The notes beneath the pieces are model-generated. The model was given only the letters and a program-made list of their open reading frames with translations. It was not told where the DNA came from and did no database searches. This document shows positions 46,503-56,055 of a DNA stretch of 64,000 nt, one piece after another. Every line of letters begins with the position of its first letter. Position 1 is the first letter of the stretch. Source of the DNA: a virus. The stretch covers positions 133,298-197,297 of IMG/VR virus record IMGVR_UViG_3300009703_004110; one strand, written 5' to 3'. The position numbers and the translations under genes are program-made.

Positions 46503-47984
46503 TTACTCTATTGGCTGTGCTTCTTGTCCGCTCTGGCCGGGGCCAAACTCTTGGCTTAACGCCTCAGTACCTTTGCCACCGGCAACTTGTTCCTCTCCCT
46601 GGTTAAAGGTTTTGTTTACCTCTTTAATTGCTTTGTTGGAGATGTCAGTTGTCTTAGCTTCGGAAATCTCGGCCATACTTTTTCCTGAGGATAACATGCC
46701 AAGCATCTTGGTTACACGAACTAACGCATAAGAATACGCATCAATCAGCTTACTTTGAGCTTCAGCTAGTTCTGGGAATAAAGATGCTATGCCCAGTTTA
46801 TCTAACATAATATCAAACTCAGCCAGCTGCCTAATGGTTCTTCTGTCTGCTAATCTAGCAGCTACCTCTTCTAGCTTAACAGCCGCTTCTCCAAGATTAA
46901 TTTGTCCGCCAGTCTGTGCAAGCTCATCAAAGACGGCTCCATGATTTTCCACCGGAGGTTCTCCAGACGTTAAAACCCTCTCTATGGCCTCTCCTGGGCC
47001 TCCGGCTGCTGCCGGTTCCTGGCCTGGTACGGTATTTGGGGCGGCCTCTGCTGGCGCCTCAGGAGCCTCCAAACCGGTATCCGCACCGGGGACCTCAGGG
47101 GCTCCGAGATCCTGTGCTGCTTTCATTAGTAAATCAGATCCTGCGTCATAACCAAGCTTCTTAAACAGGCTCGCAGCCTGGAAAGTCAAATCTTCTCCGG
47201 TTGATTGGAGGCGAACACGTCGAACTTGAAGATCGAAAGCATGAAGCATTTCTGCCAAGTCCTGCTGTTCTTCTGGCGACAAATGCTCATCAGTTCTTAA
47301 TAGCTTATCTAGTCTACGAATTGCACCATTAAGCTTGCTTTTCCACTCTTCAAACATCTGGCCTTTGGCGTCCTTATCCTCAAGCTCTTTAAGCTTCTTA
47401 CTAATAGACTCGTCATGAGGGACGGAATCACCCGGATAAAAGTTGGAACTCAAACCAAATTGGTAATCTGACTCCTTTTTGATGTCCACTATCTGATCCT
47501 CCTCGGAATATTTCTGGTGCTGACCATCTTTATAATAAGTGATCCATTTTTTGAATCTAACATCTTCACCATTTCTAGTGTTTAATGTACCGGAATAATA
47601 ATCTAATGCGTGATGAAATGTCATGTCACCAGATTCAACGGCACTGTATATTTTATGAACAAGAGATACCCACTTTTCCATATCAGCCTGAATCCACGGA
47701 TTCTCTGATAATGCGCCCATGCCGATAGGGTACGCCTTCTTTGTAAGGTCTGCATTTTTAATTAATGAAGTGGTAATCAAATAGTAATAATCGTTTGCCG
47801 TCTTTAGACTTACTGAATCTCTATTTAAAAATGCATCCATCAAAATGGTTGGGTCTACATTCTCAAAGGTTGCTTCTAATATATTATGTATATTAACGAA
47901 ATCTCTAGTCTCATCATGAGAAGCAAAGCGTAGACCGGGATATTTTTGTTCTATCCTACGAATGTCATTCTTTAAACTGCTCAT
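46503..47984 (-). CDS. hypothetical head-block protein
   Basis: Helical, many K-x-A/S sites, hairpin-like motif. Confidence 0.65.
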   Translation of the reverse strand: MSSLKNDIRRIEQKYPGLRFASHDETRDFVNIHNILEATFENVDPTILMDAFLNRDSVSLKTANDYYYLITTSLIKNADLTKKAYPIGMGALSENPWIQADMEKWVSLVHKIYSAVESGDMTFHHALDYYSGTLNTRNGEDVRFKKWITYYKDGQHQKYSEEDQIVDIKKESDYQFGLSSNFYPGDSVPHDESISKKLKELEDKDAKGQMFEEWKSKLNGAIRRLDKLLRTDEHLSPEEQQDLAEMLHAFDLQVRRVRLQSTGEDLTFQAASLFKKLGYDAGSDLLMKAAQDLGAPEVPGADTGLEAPEAPAEAAPNTVPGQEPAAAGGPGEAIERVLTSGEPPVENHGAVFDELAQTGGQINLGEAAVKLEEVAARLADRRTIRQLAEFDIMLDKLGIASLFPELAEAQSKLIDAYSYALVRVTKMLGMLSSGKSMAEISEAKTTDISNKAIKEVNKTFNQGEEQVAGGKGTEALSQEFGPGQSGQEAQPIE

Positions 47985-48210
47985 GTTTTATTAGCCTTCC
48001 TTTGAGTCTCTCAATAGTTTTAAACCATACAAGCCTGTCGTATGGAAAATTTTCTTTTCGTACCTGATCTTCAATATATTGAAGAAATATATTTAGATGT
48101 TCATCCGGTACTTCCTTTTCATTGTAAATATTAATATGCTTTCGTGCCCAGGCTTCAAATGCGGTGATATTAATTAGGTCCGAAAGTTTTAACTCTCTAA
48201 TCTTCTCCAT
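47965..48210 (-). CDS. hypothetical protein
   Basis: Probable start MEKIREL overlapping the upstream gene end. Confidence 0.55.
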   Translation of the reverse strand: MEKIRELKLSDLINITAFEAWARKHINIYNEKEVPDEHLNIFLQYIEDQVRKENFPYDRLVWFKTIERLKGRLIKHEQFKE

Positions 48211-48901
48211 CTGTAAACTCCACATCTATAGTCTCTATTTGTTTATATTCTGGGGATTTATATTCCATTCCGTCCATTTTGGCATTCACTTTATCTATAA
48301 ATATCGGAATAAGAGATGGTTCTAATTCTCTCAGAACTTCGAAGACTACACCTTTAACTACATTTACCTGCTCGTTGACTACGTTTATATTGATATTGTG
48401 CTCGATAGTTTTATCTGCAACACCATCAATGTACTTCTTCCAGTCCTGCAGGATGCCCTTGTACATGTTTAGATACTCAAGAAAGACTCTATCATGCTTT
48501 ATATCTCCCTGCCCACTGGCCAAAGAGTCATAATAAAATTCAAGCCTAGAGGTCACTAGAGCGTCCATTTGTAATAACTTTTTAGAGACATCAAGCTCAG
48601 CATCAGCAATCTCATTTATCTTTTTCTGATATGAGGAGCTTTGGCTTACGATATGCTTTGCCTCTGCCAATGCGGCATTTCTATCTGTATCCGCTCTAGA
48701 GTTCTTAACCGCATCAAGGACGTCGCCGTGAAGGTCGAGGTGCTCCTTTCTGAATGTTTGCAATGTCATATAGCTTATCCAAAGAGATTTCTTCTTGGGA
48801 TATTTATCTTTCAGCCACGCATCAACACTTTTGACAGATTCTCCATCAAGAAGCTTCTTAATGATTTCTTCTTTATCCACATGTCTTAAAACTTTGCTCA
48901 C
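48197..48901 (-). CDS. probable terminase small subunit
   Basis: N-terminal HTH-like region, coiled coil, NININV strand, C-terminal TIDVEF; upstream of TerL in the head block. Confidence 0.5.
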   Translation of the reverse strand: MSKVLRHVDKEEIIKKLLDGESVKSVDAWLKDKYPKKKSLWISYMTLQTFRKEHLDLHGDVLDAVKNSRADTDRNAALAEAKHIVSQSSSYQKKINEIADAELDVSKKLLQMDALVTSRLEFYYDSLASGQGDIKHDRVFLEYLNMYKGILQDWKKYIDGVADKTIEHNININVVNEQVNVVKGVVFEVLRELEPSLIPIFIDKVNAKMDGMEYKSPEYKQIETIDVEFTDGED

Positions 48902-48916
48902 GCCATCTCCTTAAAT

Positions 48917-48958
48917 AAAAAATCCACTACTATATTACCAGAATATAGTAGTGGATTT
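48917..48958 (-). terminator. Rho-independent terminator
   Basis: AAATCCACTACTATATT-ctggt-AATATAGTAGTGGA then T6. Confidence 0.75.
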
Positions 48959-48976
48959 ATAGTTTTGGAACTAGGT

Positions 48977-49447
48977 TTAGTATTCGAAATACAAATCTGA
49001 CTGCAAAGAGACTTGCCCGCCAGGAAATTTCTCACCTGTTTCTGTAGTAAATCCGTCATTCCAGTTATATTCCTTTCCGGTCAATGGGTCAGTTTGTACG
49101 CCATCTTTGGTAGGGGCTTGAACACCGACTCTATCTGGAGAATACCTTGTTGACAGGGTTCGCGGGGCATCGTCATAGCTTATCTTTGACTTCTCGTGTT
49201 TCGGACCTAGATTGTATTTACGCTCATCGCCTTTGGTTCCACCTCTCTGATGCGCAAATTCAGTTCTGGTCGGATAGTCTTGGGCACCATGTTGCATATT
49301 TTGGAATATACCATGCTGATCACTAGTTGACGCAGCTTCTTTGGACATTTCGATAATAGTCTCTAGTGCCGCTTTGCGCAACTTTCGAGCCAAAGATCTA
49401 TCAATCCCTGATGCTGACGTTAGTATTTTTGATACTTTTGTAGACAT
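48977..49447 (-). CDS. hypothetical head-block protein
   Basis: 156 aa; LSTRYSPDRVG...DPLTGKEYNWNDGF ordered domain. Confidence 0.65.
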   Translation of the reverse strand: MSTKVSKILTSASGIDRSLARKLRKAALETIIEMSKEAASTSDQHGIFQNMQHGAQDYPTRTEFAHQRGGTKGDERKYNLGPKHEKSKISYDDAPRTLSTRYSPDRVGVQAPTKDGVQTDPLTGKEYNWNDGFTTETGEKFPGGQVSLQSDLYFEY

Positions 49448-49457
49448 AGACCGCTCC

Positions 49458-51038
49458 TTAGGAGAATACTATTCTAGAGGTGGAGATTAACGTTTCCTCA
49501 TCAATATTAGCACTCTTGTTTCTGTACTTAGGATAAGGACGACCCTGCTCATCAAAGTCAACTTTACTTAGTGGCAATCCTAGCTTAGGACAGTATGGCT
49601 CTACTGATGTGGAAATGGTGATTAGATCACCGCGTTCGAAGGCCTCCTTAACTACCTGAGCCCTAGAAGAGCCTTGTCTAGCAGATACCTTTAGAAGTTC
49701 AGCAAACTTATCAAGCGCAATCTTGTGTTGTACTGCGCCAAATTTTTCTTGGATAGTTGCCAAAGAATCTTCGGCAAGCTTATAATCTTGTGATGATACA
49801 CCATCAATCATTCTATCTACAAGCTGATAGTAAGTCATGCTACTCATTTCGCCATTCTGCCTAGCCTTTCGTATGCCGGAGTCATCACGAGATGTGTTAG
49901 TCACAAATGCTTTAATGTCATTATATGTAAAGTCGTGTATAACCTCTTCGGTCGAAGAAGAGGACGCAAACCTGCTTGGAAGAATTGGCTTATCGTTATG
50001 GAATTCTACGGGAACGTGAATCATGCTCCTGCCCATTGCGGTAGGAATAGATACATCGAACATCAGAGTGTTTTGATCCGAAGAAGCAACTCTAATCTGC
50101 GGGTTAACCACGCCAGCAGCCTTGAACTCTGTTGCCAACATGCTGCTCGCCATTAATACCTGCTCTCTGCTGAAGTTAGATGCCGCAACTACTAGCTCAT
50201 TCTCTAGTTCTGCATAATCCTTTAGGGCGTTTGGAACAACCGCCTTATCAACAGATATAGCCTGAGAACCATGCTGCCCGGCGAACTTATTCAAACTAGC
50301 AGTCTTGACCTGATTTTCTTCCATCTTTAGATGCACTAATAGATTAGCGCGACTTAGCTCAGTCACTTCCCCACCAGAGATCATTGTCTTAGGTGGGGAA
50401 ACCTGGCCACCAGTTATAGGAACCGGTATGTGTACCGCAACCTTGTTAAGGCTGTTAGTATTGTATACTGCGGTAGCCAAAACAAAGTGATTGTTTGATT
50501 CTGAAATCACAACGTCATTTGGCTGCATACCCATATGGCTTAGCTTGGAAATAACGGCTTTCTGTACTTCTCTTTTATCTTTCGGATTATATAAGCCAAA
50601 AGAATTTTCATTACCAAGATCAAAAATAGAGGCAAACGCATTGGAAAGCCCCTCGTCATGATCCACCTGAATAGACTTGGATTCATCTGAGCCTCTTCTC
50701 GTGGAAGCAGAATAGGCCGTCTTCTGAAGTTGTCTATTTTGTAATAGTAAGTCACCAAGTTCTGCGCGGAAAGCGGTCTGTCCGCCAGATAGTCCGTACA
50801 TTCTATCATAACAGTCGGTCAGTTCTTGCTGAGAAAAGAATTCCTGTCGGCTTGCACGTTTTACTACAACATCACGCATATTTCCGATTAACTGATCAGT
50901 TGGATGATTAGACGCTGCGGTTACAAACCTGCTGACAATATATGGCGCAGAATACTTGCTTCCATCTTCCATCTGCCCCAAAGCGGCTCTAGCTTCTTTT
51001 AGGAGCTGCTTAATGTCTGTTGCTTTTAAATCTTTCAT
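49458..51038 (-). CDS. hypothetical virion/head protein with internal duplicated domain
   Basis: VHIPVPI..G.V.PP and IHVPVEF....PILP repeats; multiple K-x-A sites; UVR-like hairpin. Confidence 0.65.
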   Translation of the reverse strand: MKDLKATDIKQLLKEARAALGQMEDGSKYSAPYIVSRFVTAASNHPTDQLIGNMRDVVVKRASRQEFFSQQELTDCYDRMYGLSGGQTAFRAELGDLLLQNRQLQKTAYSASTRRGSDESKSIQVDHDEGLSNAFASIFDLGNENSFGLYNPKDKREVQKAVISKLSHMGMQPNDVVISESNNHFVLATAVYNTNSLNKVAVHIPVPITGGQVSPPKTMISGGEVTELSRANLLVHLKMEENQVKTASLNKFAGQHGSQAISVDKAVVPNALKDYAELENELVVAASNFSREQVLMASSMLATEFKAAGVVNPQIRVASSDQNTLMFDVSIPTAMGRSMIHVPVEFHNDKPILPSRFASSSSTEEVIHDFTYNDIKAFVTNTSRDDSGIRKARQNGEMSSMTYYQLVDRMIDGVSSQDYKLAEDSLATIQEKFGAVQHKIALDKFAELLKVSARQGSSRAQVVKEAFERGDLITISTSVEPYCPKLGLPLSKVDFDEQGRPYPKYRNKSANIDEETLISTSRIVFS

Positions 51039-51052
51039 TAGACCTTATCCCT

Positions 51053-51559
51053 TTAAATGAATTTGCTCAGCTCTGGAAAAGAGGAGACCAAAGCATGCTG
51101 CTTCCCTTGAGGTTGCTCTGCAAGAACTTCTTTTAAAAATCCTTCATCTTCACCAACCAATTCTAGCAGCGCCGTCTTAAACGAGCTTATATCGTCTGGA
51201 TTAAATCCATAACTTTCTGCCGAGAACCTTGCAACTGGTACATTTTTATAAGCTAAGGTTACATTTTGATGCTCATAATCACTAATTGCGGCCCAATCAC
51301 CTTGGCCCCTAGAGTCATATTTTGGATCCGACATTCTTACGAGATGCTTTCTTCCGTCACTTTCTTCCACCTGCCACAAACTACGGTAAGGATCATTTTC
51401 AACACGATATACGTCAAAAGCAACTCTACGAATTGCTTTTGAAGCCTCAAGTTCTTCAGAATATTCAATAGAATTTACAGTTCTCAAGCTAGAAGATGTC
51501 TTACCAAAAACCTCTCCCAAGACCTTATCGAGATCCGTACTAAACTTTTCTTTTGCCAT
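51053..51559 (-). CDS. hypothetical protein (first late gene)
   Basis: Start placed at MAKEK (GAGG RBS), downstream of a TATTAATA motif. Confidence 0.65.
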   Translation of the reverse strand: MAKEKFSTDLDKVLGEVFGKTSSSLRTVNSIEYSEELEASKAIRRVAFDVYRVENDPYRSLWQVEESDGRKHLVRMSDPKYDSRGQGDWAAISDYEHQNVTLAYKNVPVARFSAESYGFNPDDISSFKTALLELVGEDEGFLKEVLAEQPQGKQHALVSSFPELSKFI

Positions 51560-51606
51560 GTTTATGCCCTCTACGTAATTTTTACGATTTATTAATAGAA
51601 AAGAAA

Positions 51607-52044
51607 TTAGCATAAAGTGCTGTTCTTAATCTGGTCAATCTCTTTGAGTATCCTTACTATTCTTTGATTATTAGTACATATCTTCTTTAGCTTTTTAATT
51701 ATGCCGCCATATCGCTTCTTATTATTCTTATAATCGATATTACCATGCATGGCTTTGTGTACAGCAGACTGTGTTATTCCAAGATGTTCAGCAATATCAT
51801 TCTGTGTTTTGCCGGTCAGCCTCATCATTAAAATAGTTTTCTGATGTTCTGTTAAATAGTTACCACTAACAATATTATAGATCTCTTCAATTAGTTCGTC
51901 ACGTAATTCTGAGATCCTATCGTTACATTGGTTGTCTGCAAGCAAGGAACTGATTCCTCGCTCAACAGGAAAGTTATCGAGCTTATCATGGTCAAATGAT
52001 ATTTCGACAATCTTGTATTGATACAATCTTGATTTATTCTTCAT
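51607..52044 (-). CDS. sigma-70 region 4-like HTH transcription factor
   Basis: LTEHQKTILMMRLTGKTQNDIAEHLGITQSAVHK. Confidence 0.75.
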   Translation of the reverse strand: MKNKSRLYQYKIVEISFDHDKLDNFPVERGISSLLADNQCNDRISELRDELIEEIYNIVSGNYLTEHQKTILMMRLTGKTQNDIAEHLGITQSAVHKAMHGNIDYKNNKKRYGGIIKKLKKICTNNQRIVRILKEIDQIKNSTLC

Positions 52045-52051
52045 CTTTCTC

Positions 52052-52828
52052 CTAAGACCAGTTTGGGATATATGGTTTTAGATCTTTAAGAAAGGATTCC
52101 TTGCTATTAAATTCGTTTTTGAAATATTCATCCGCATCTTTATAGCCATCTGGAATCAGCATAAATCTTAGCTTAACACCCTTATTTGAGTACTTACTAT
52201 ATATCCTTTCCATAGATTTTATACCACCATCATCTCTATCCAAAATGAAGGTGATTCTGTCTGTATATCGTGATAGTTTAACTAGATGATTTTTTGAGAA
52301 TGCGGTTCCACAAATTGCTACACAATTTGGCATACCGGCTCGGACCATTGCCATGAAATCAAAATAGCCTTCAACGGCGTATGCATTTCGTTCCTTTAGA
52401 ATATATCCTCTGGAATGATTTAGGCCGTAAAGATACTTGGACTTTTTATAACCAGATCCTTCGTACTTCGCTAACGAAAGAAGACTCCTTTGATTGTCGT
52501 TCAAAAGAGTCCTCCCGCTAATTCCTATTGCATTATTGTATTCATCAAAAATGGGAAATATAACACCATGTGTTGTGGCGAATTTACTATCCCCAAAATA
52601 ATCTGTTATTTTTTCTTCCTTTAAGACTGCACTAGACACATGCTTACTTAACATAGAAGTATTTTGTGGAAAAAATCCGAGCTTATATTTCTTAACTTCA
52701 GGCACACTAATCCCTCGTTCCTTAACTAAATAAGTTGCGATTTCTTTTGAATTTTTTAAATTAGCGTGACAAATATTCACAAGTTTTCCTAGTTCTATAG
52801 ATTTTTCTTCAGCTGTAACATTTGACAT
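52052..52828 (-). CDS. dnaG: DnaG-type primase catalytic core (no zinc-binding domain)
   Basis: YLVKERG, IFPI..IGISGR, AKY, VEGYFD, CGTAF, LDRDDGG, KDADE TOPRIM motifs. Confidence 0.9.
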   Translation of the reverse strand: MSNVTAEEKSIELGKLVNICHANLKNSKEIATYLVKERGISVPEVKKYKLGFFPQNTSMLSKHVSSAVLKEEKITDYFGDSKFATTHGVIFPIFDEYNNAIGISGRTLLNDNQRSLLSLAKYEGSGYKKSKYLYGLNHSRGYILKERNAYAVEGYFDFMAMVRAGMPNCVAICGTAFSKNHLVKLSRYTDRITFILDRDDGGIKSMERIYSKYSNKGVKLRFMLIPDGYKDADEYFKNEFNSKESFLKDLKPYIPNWS

Positions 52829-52833
52829 TTTAT

Positions 52834-53166
52834 TTAATCCTGTGTAATTTTGATAGATTCGATCATAAACTTAGATATATTGAACTCGCAACCACCTTGG
52901 TCGCAATTTTGCCCAACCACTTCACCAGAATCATTCACCACGGCTTCGACTTTTTTATTACATGTTTGACAATCAAACTGAAAAGCCTTTCGCTTATCTT
53001 TTCTTACAATATCTCCACGTTGTTTCATCGACTTTTTAGAGTATGAAGAGATGTGCGATAACACCTCTTCGCAGTCTTCACAAACTACCTCATCGAGATC
53101 TAAATCAACGGAGCCAATTGTTGTACCATCTCGCTTAGTACACCCAACATTACATCTGACTAACAT
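52834..53166 (-). CDS. double zinc-ribbon protein
   Basis: Eight Cys in four pairs; directly upstream of primase. Confidence 0.65.
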   Translation of the reverse strand: MLVRCNVGCTKRDGTTIGSVDLDLDEVVCEDCEEVLSHISSYSKKSMKQRGDIVRKDKRKAFQFDCQTCNKKVEAVVNDSGEVVGQNCDQGGCEFNISKFMIESIKITQD

Positions 53167-53191
53167 CTAATATACTCCTATGATTAATAGA

Positions 53192-54364
53192 TCATTCAAA
53201 CGGATCAGCCGGGATTTCAATCTCTGGATCTTCTTCCGTATATTCCGCTTGGATATTTTCACCAAGATAATAAGACCTGATCTCCTGGTCGAACCTATCC
53301 AAATTATCTCGGATGGCCTCCAGCACCGTGGCCCTACTTGAATATTTTACGCCGTCGATCAAATAAGTTCTTGCACTTGGTCTTTCCCAGTACCCAATAG
53401 CGTTACCAACATCAAGAAGTTCTTCTTCTTTACGGACAATACCTTCGAGATATTTAATGGTATATTCGCATTGTGCATACGAAGTAGAGACCTTATTCTT
53501 CAGGACTTTAGCTCTAACTCTATGTCCAATCCTGACGTCATTAGAGTCTTTAATGATATTATCTGCGCCGCCCATAGGTGCGAAATTTATCATAAGGCTG
53601 CAAGCGTGCTTAAGAGCACGGCCGCCAGGAGAATCCTCAGGGTTTCCAAACATTTGACCGGGGTTGACACGTAACTGGTTAATCAGAATAACCGCTGTAT
53701 TTGATTGCGCCGCCCCAGGGGTGATTTTTCGTAGCTCTACGGAAAGGAATCTCGCCATTAAAGCCATGTTCTGCTTACCAACATCAGAAGTTCTTTCCAT
53801 TGGTGGTTGCATTGCCGCTATAGAATCCAAGATAACAAGTCCGCATCGTCCAAGATTTAGACGATTCATCTTAGTCCCATCTGGATGTGGGTAATCCATA
53901 ACAATACCATCTTTAATCATATCAAAGATGCCCTTGATTTTAGTTTCTTTCTTAGTCTGCTTATTTACCTTCGTCTTTCCAACTAATCCGCCGAATAGCT
54001 TTTCGGCTTGATTGCTTTTTACTAAGAAGATTCTATCATTATCAATTCCAAATTTCTCAGCCCATGATGCAGAGTAAGTATATTCTGCATCTAGGAAAAC
54101 AAAACAATTTTCCGGATGTAAAGACTGCCAATAAGCCGCACTCTGTAAAGCTGTAAAGGTCTTTCCGGATGCTTCCTTTCCAGCATATTGTGTTACTCGT
54201 CCCCTTACCGGTCCGCCGCCAGTCGCGAAATCTAAGCCGGGGCTACCTGTACTGATAGTTTCAATATTATTGCTGATTGCCTTTGGGTGCACAATTGCGT
54301 CGTTACCGAATAGACTTTCGGCCTGCTTAAAAGCCTCACTTGGTGATAGTAGTTCTTTTGCCAT
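53192..54364 (-). CDS. recA: RecA recombinase
   Basis: ISTGSPGLD, GKEASGKT, FLDAE, ILDSIAA, INQLR, PGGRALKH; start placed at MAKELL after AAGGAG. Confidence 0.93.
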   Translation of the reverse strand: MAKELLSPSEAFKQAESLFGNDAIVHPKAISNNIETISTGSPGLDFATGGGPVRGRVTQYAGKEASGKTFTALQSAAYWQSLHPENCFVFLDAEYTYSASWAEKFGIDNDRIFLVKSNQAEKLFGGLVGKTKVNKQTKKETKIKGIFDMIKDGIVMDYPHPDGTKMNRLNLGRCGLVILDSIAAMQPPMERTSDVGKQNMALMARFLSVELRKITPGAAQSNTAVILINQLRVNPGQMFGNPEDSPGGRALKHACSLMINFAPMGGADNIIKDSNDVRIGHRVRAKVLKNKVSTSYAQCEYTIKYLEGIVRKEEELLDVGNAIGYWERPSARTYLIDGVKYSSRATVLEAIRDNLDRFDQEIRSYYLGENIQAEYTEEDPEIEIPADPFE

Positions 54365-54377
54365 CTTGATATACTCC

Positions 54378-56048
54378 TTAATATTTGTGATTGTAGCCTG
54401 TATCAGAAGGCAGACGATATCCGGCTGGTGGGCTCCATCCAACAGGATCTTCTGGTCTTTCTGCTACTGCGGCTTCTGTTCTAATTAACAAATTGGCTAT
54501 ACTTGTTGCATTAATAAGGGCTGTTTTAGTAACTTTCTTAGGGTCTATTACACCCATTTCAACTAAGTCACCGTACAGGCCCTCTGCTACATTATACCCG
54601 AAATTTGGGTTAGCATCAGGGAGTATTTTGTTCAAAACTTCTTCTACATCTTCATCCGCATTCTTCAATATTTGAGCAATAGGTCTAACGCATGCGCCTA
54701 ATAAAACTTCCGCAGCAGGTCTAAGATCCTCATCAAGTTCTGGTAGCTTCTTAATACGAACCCAATGAGCTGCACGAAGTAATGCACTACCTCCGCCAGC
54801 AACATATCCAGACTCAATGGCGCACTCTACGGCAAACATTGCATCATCGATTCTATCACCAGTTTGCCTAAGCTCTGCCTCAGTGGAGTATCCTACATAT
54901 AAAATTGTTCCGCATCCTTTGAGGTTGGCGATCCTACTGTCTATATCAATCTTGTCTCTATCGTTAATTAACTTTCTTTTGTCCTCTTGATATTCTTCCA
55001 GTCGTTCATTAATTTGCTCTTGGCTTCCCTGCGGTTCCAAAATCTTTGTTAGATTTCTATCAACGATTACCTGCTTTGCTGCGCCAAGATCATCAAGTTT
55101 GATTTTGCTTAACGGAAGCCCACGTTCTTCGCTAACAACGACTGTTCCCACCTGCATGGCGATGTCCTCTATCCATCTGTCTTGATTGATATTCAATTTT
55201 CCAAAGCCATCATTAGGCAGTTTAATCGCGCACACACGTATGCGTCCCTGTATATGATTTTGAAGAAACACTTGAAGGGCCTCTTTCTTTAAGTCTTTAC
55301 AGATAATAAGCAAAGGAACATTTGCCTGGCTTAGCTCATCGAACAAAGCTTTGTTATCCTCAATGTGAGTAATTTCTCTGTCGCAAATTAAAATGCGGCA
55401 GTTATTAAGCTCGGCCTTAGCCCTCCCTTTCTCCAAAAATCCGCGACTAATATATCCACTCTTTATCTCAAGACCGTTAACTTGTACTACATGACTTTCT
55501 ATACCGGGACGTGCCTGGGCTAAAACCATTCCATCTTCGCCTGCAATAGTATATGCCTGGGCAATTAACTCACCTAATTTCTCATCATTATTTGCAGATA
55601 TGGTGGCAACGTGTTTTAAGGCATCAAAGTCCTCAACCGGAGAAGCTGCCGCATCTAAATATCCTAAGATATATGCCTCGGCCCAATCTATGCCTTTTTT
55701 GAATTTCAATGGTGAATATCCTTTGTCCATCAGGGCGATGCCGTTTCTCAGTATTTCATGAGCTAATACAGTAGCAGTCGTCGTTCCATCACCAGCAATA
55801 GCGGCAGTTCTTCCGGCCACTTCCTTTACTAATTGGCATCCTAATTCCTCTATTGGGTCCTCTAATACAACCTCACGAGCCACACTTACACCGTCCTTAG
55901 TAATGGTTGGTGCGCCAATATGCTTTTGCAAAATAACGTTCTTACCGTTTGGGCCCATGGTTACGCCAACGACCTTAGACAGTTTGGATACGCCACTTAA
56001 CAATCTCTCTCTTACTTCATTTCCGTGAACAAGTAGTTTGCCACCCAT
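54378..56048 (-). CDS. groEL: phage GroEL-like chaperonin
   Basis: TMGPNGKNV, TITKDGVSVA, GDGTTTATVLA, ATISAN, AGGG, GVIDPKKVT. Confidence 0.95.
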   Translation of the reverse strand: MGGKLLVHGNEVRERLLSGVSKLSKVVGVTMGPNGKNVILQKHIGAPTITKDGVSVAREVVLEDPIEELGCQLVKEVAGRTAAIAGDGTTTATVLAHEILRNGIALMDKGYSPLKFKKGIDWAEAYILGYLDAAASPVEDFDALKHVATISANNDEKLGELIAQAYTIAGEDGMVLAQARPGIESHVVQVNGLEIKSGYISRGFLEKGRAKAELNNCRILICDREITHIEDNKALFDELSQANVPLLIICKDLKKEALQVFLQNHIQGRIRVCAIKLPNDGFGKLNINQDRWIEDIAMQVGTVVVSEERGLPLSKIKLDDLGAAKQVIVDRNLTKILEPQGSQEQINERLEEYQEDKRKLINDRDKIDIDSRIANLKGCGTILYVGYSTEAELRQTGDRIDDAMFAVECAIESGYVAGGGSALLRAAHWVRIKKLPELDEDLRPAAEVLLGACVRPIAQILKNADEDVEEVLNKILPDANPNFGYNVAEGLYGDLVEMGVIDPKKVTKTALINATSIANLLIRTEAAVAERPEDPVGWSPPAGYRLPSDTGYNHKY

Positions 56049-56055
56049 CAGTACC

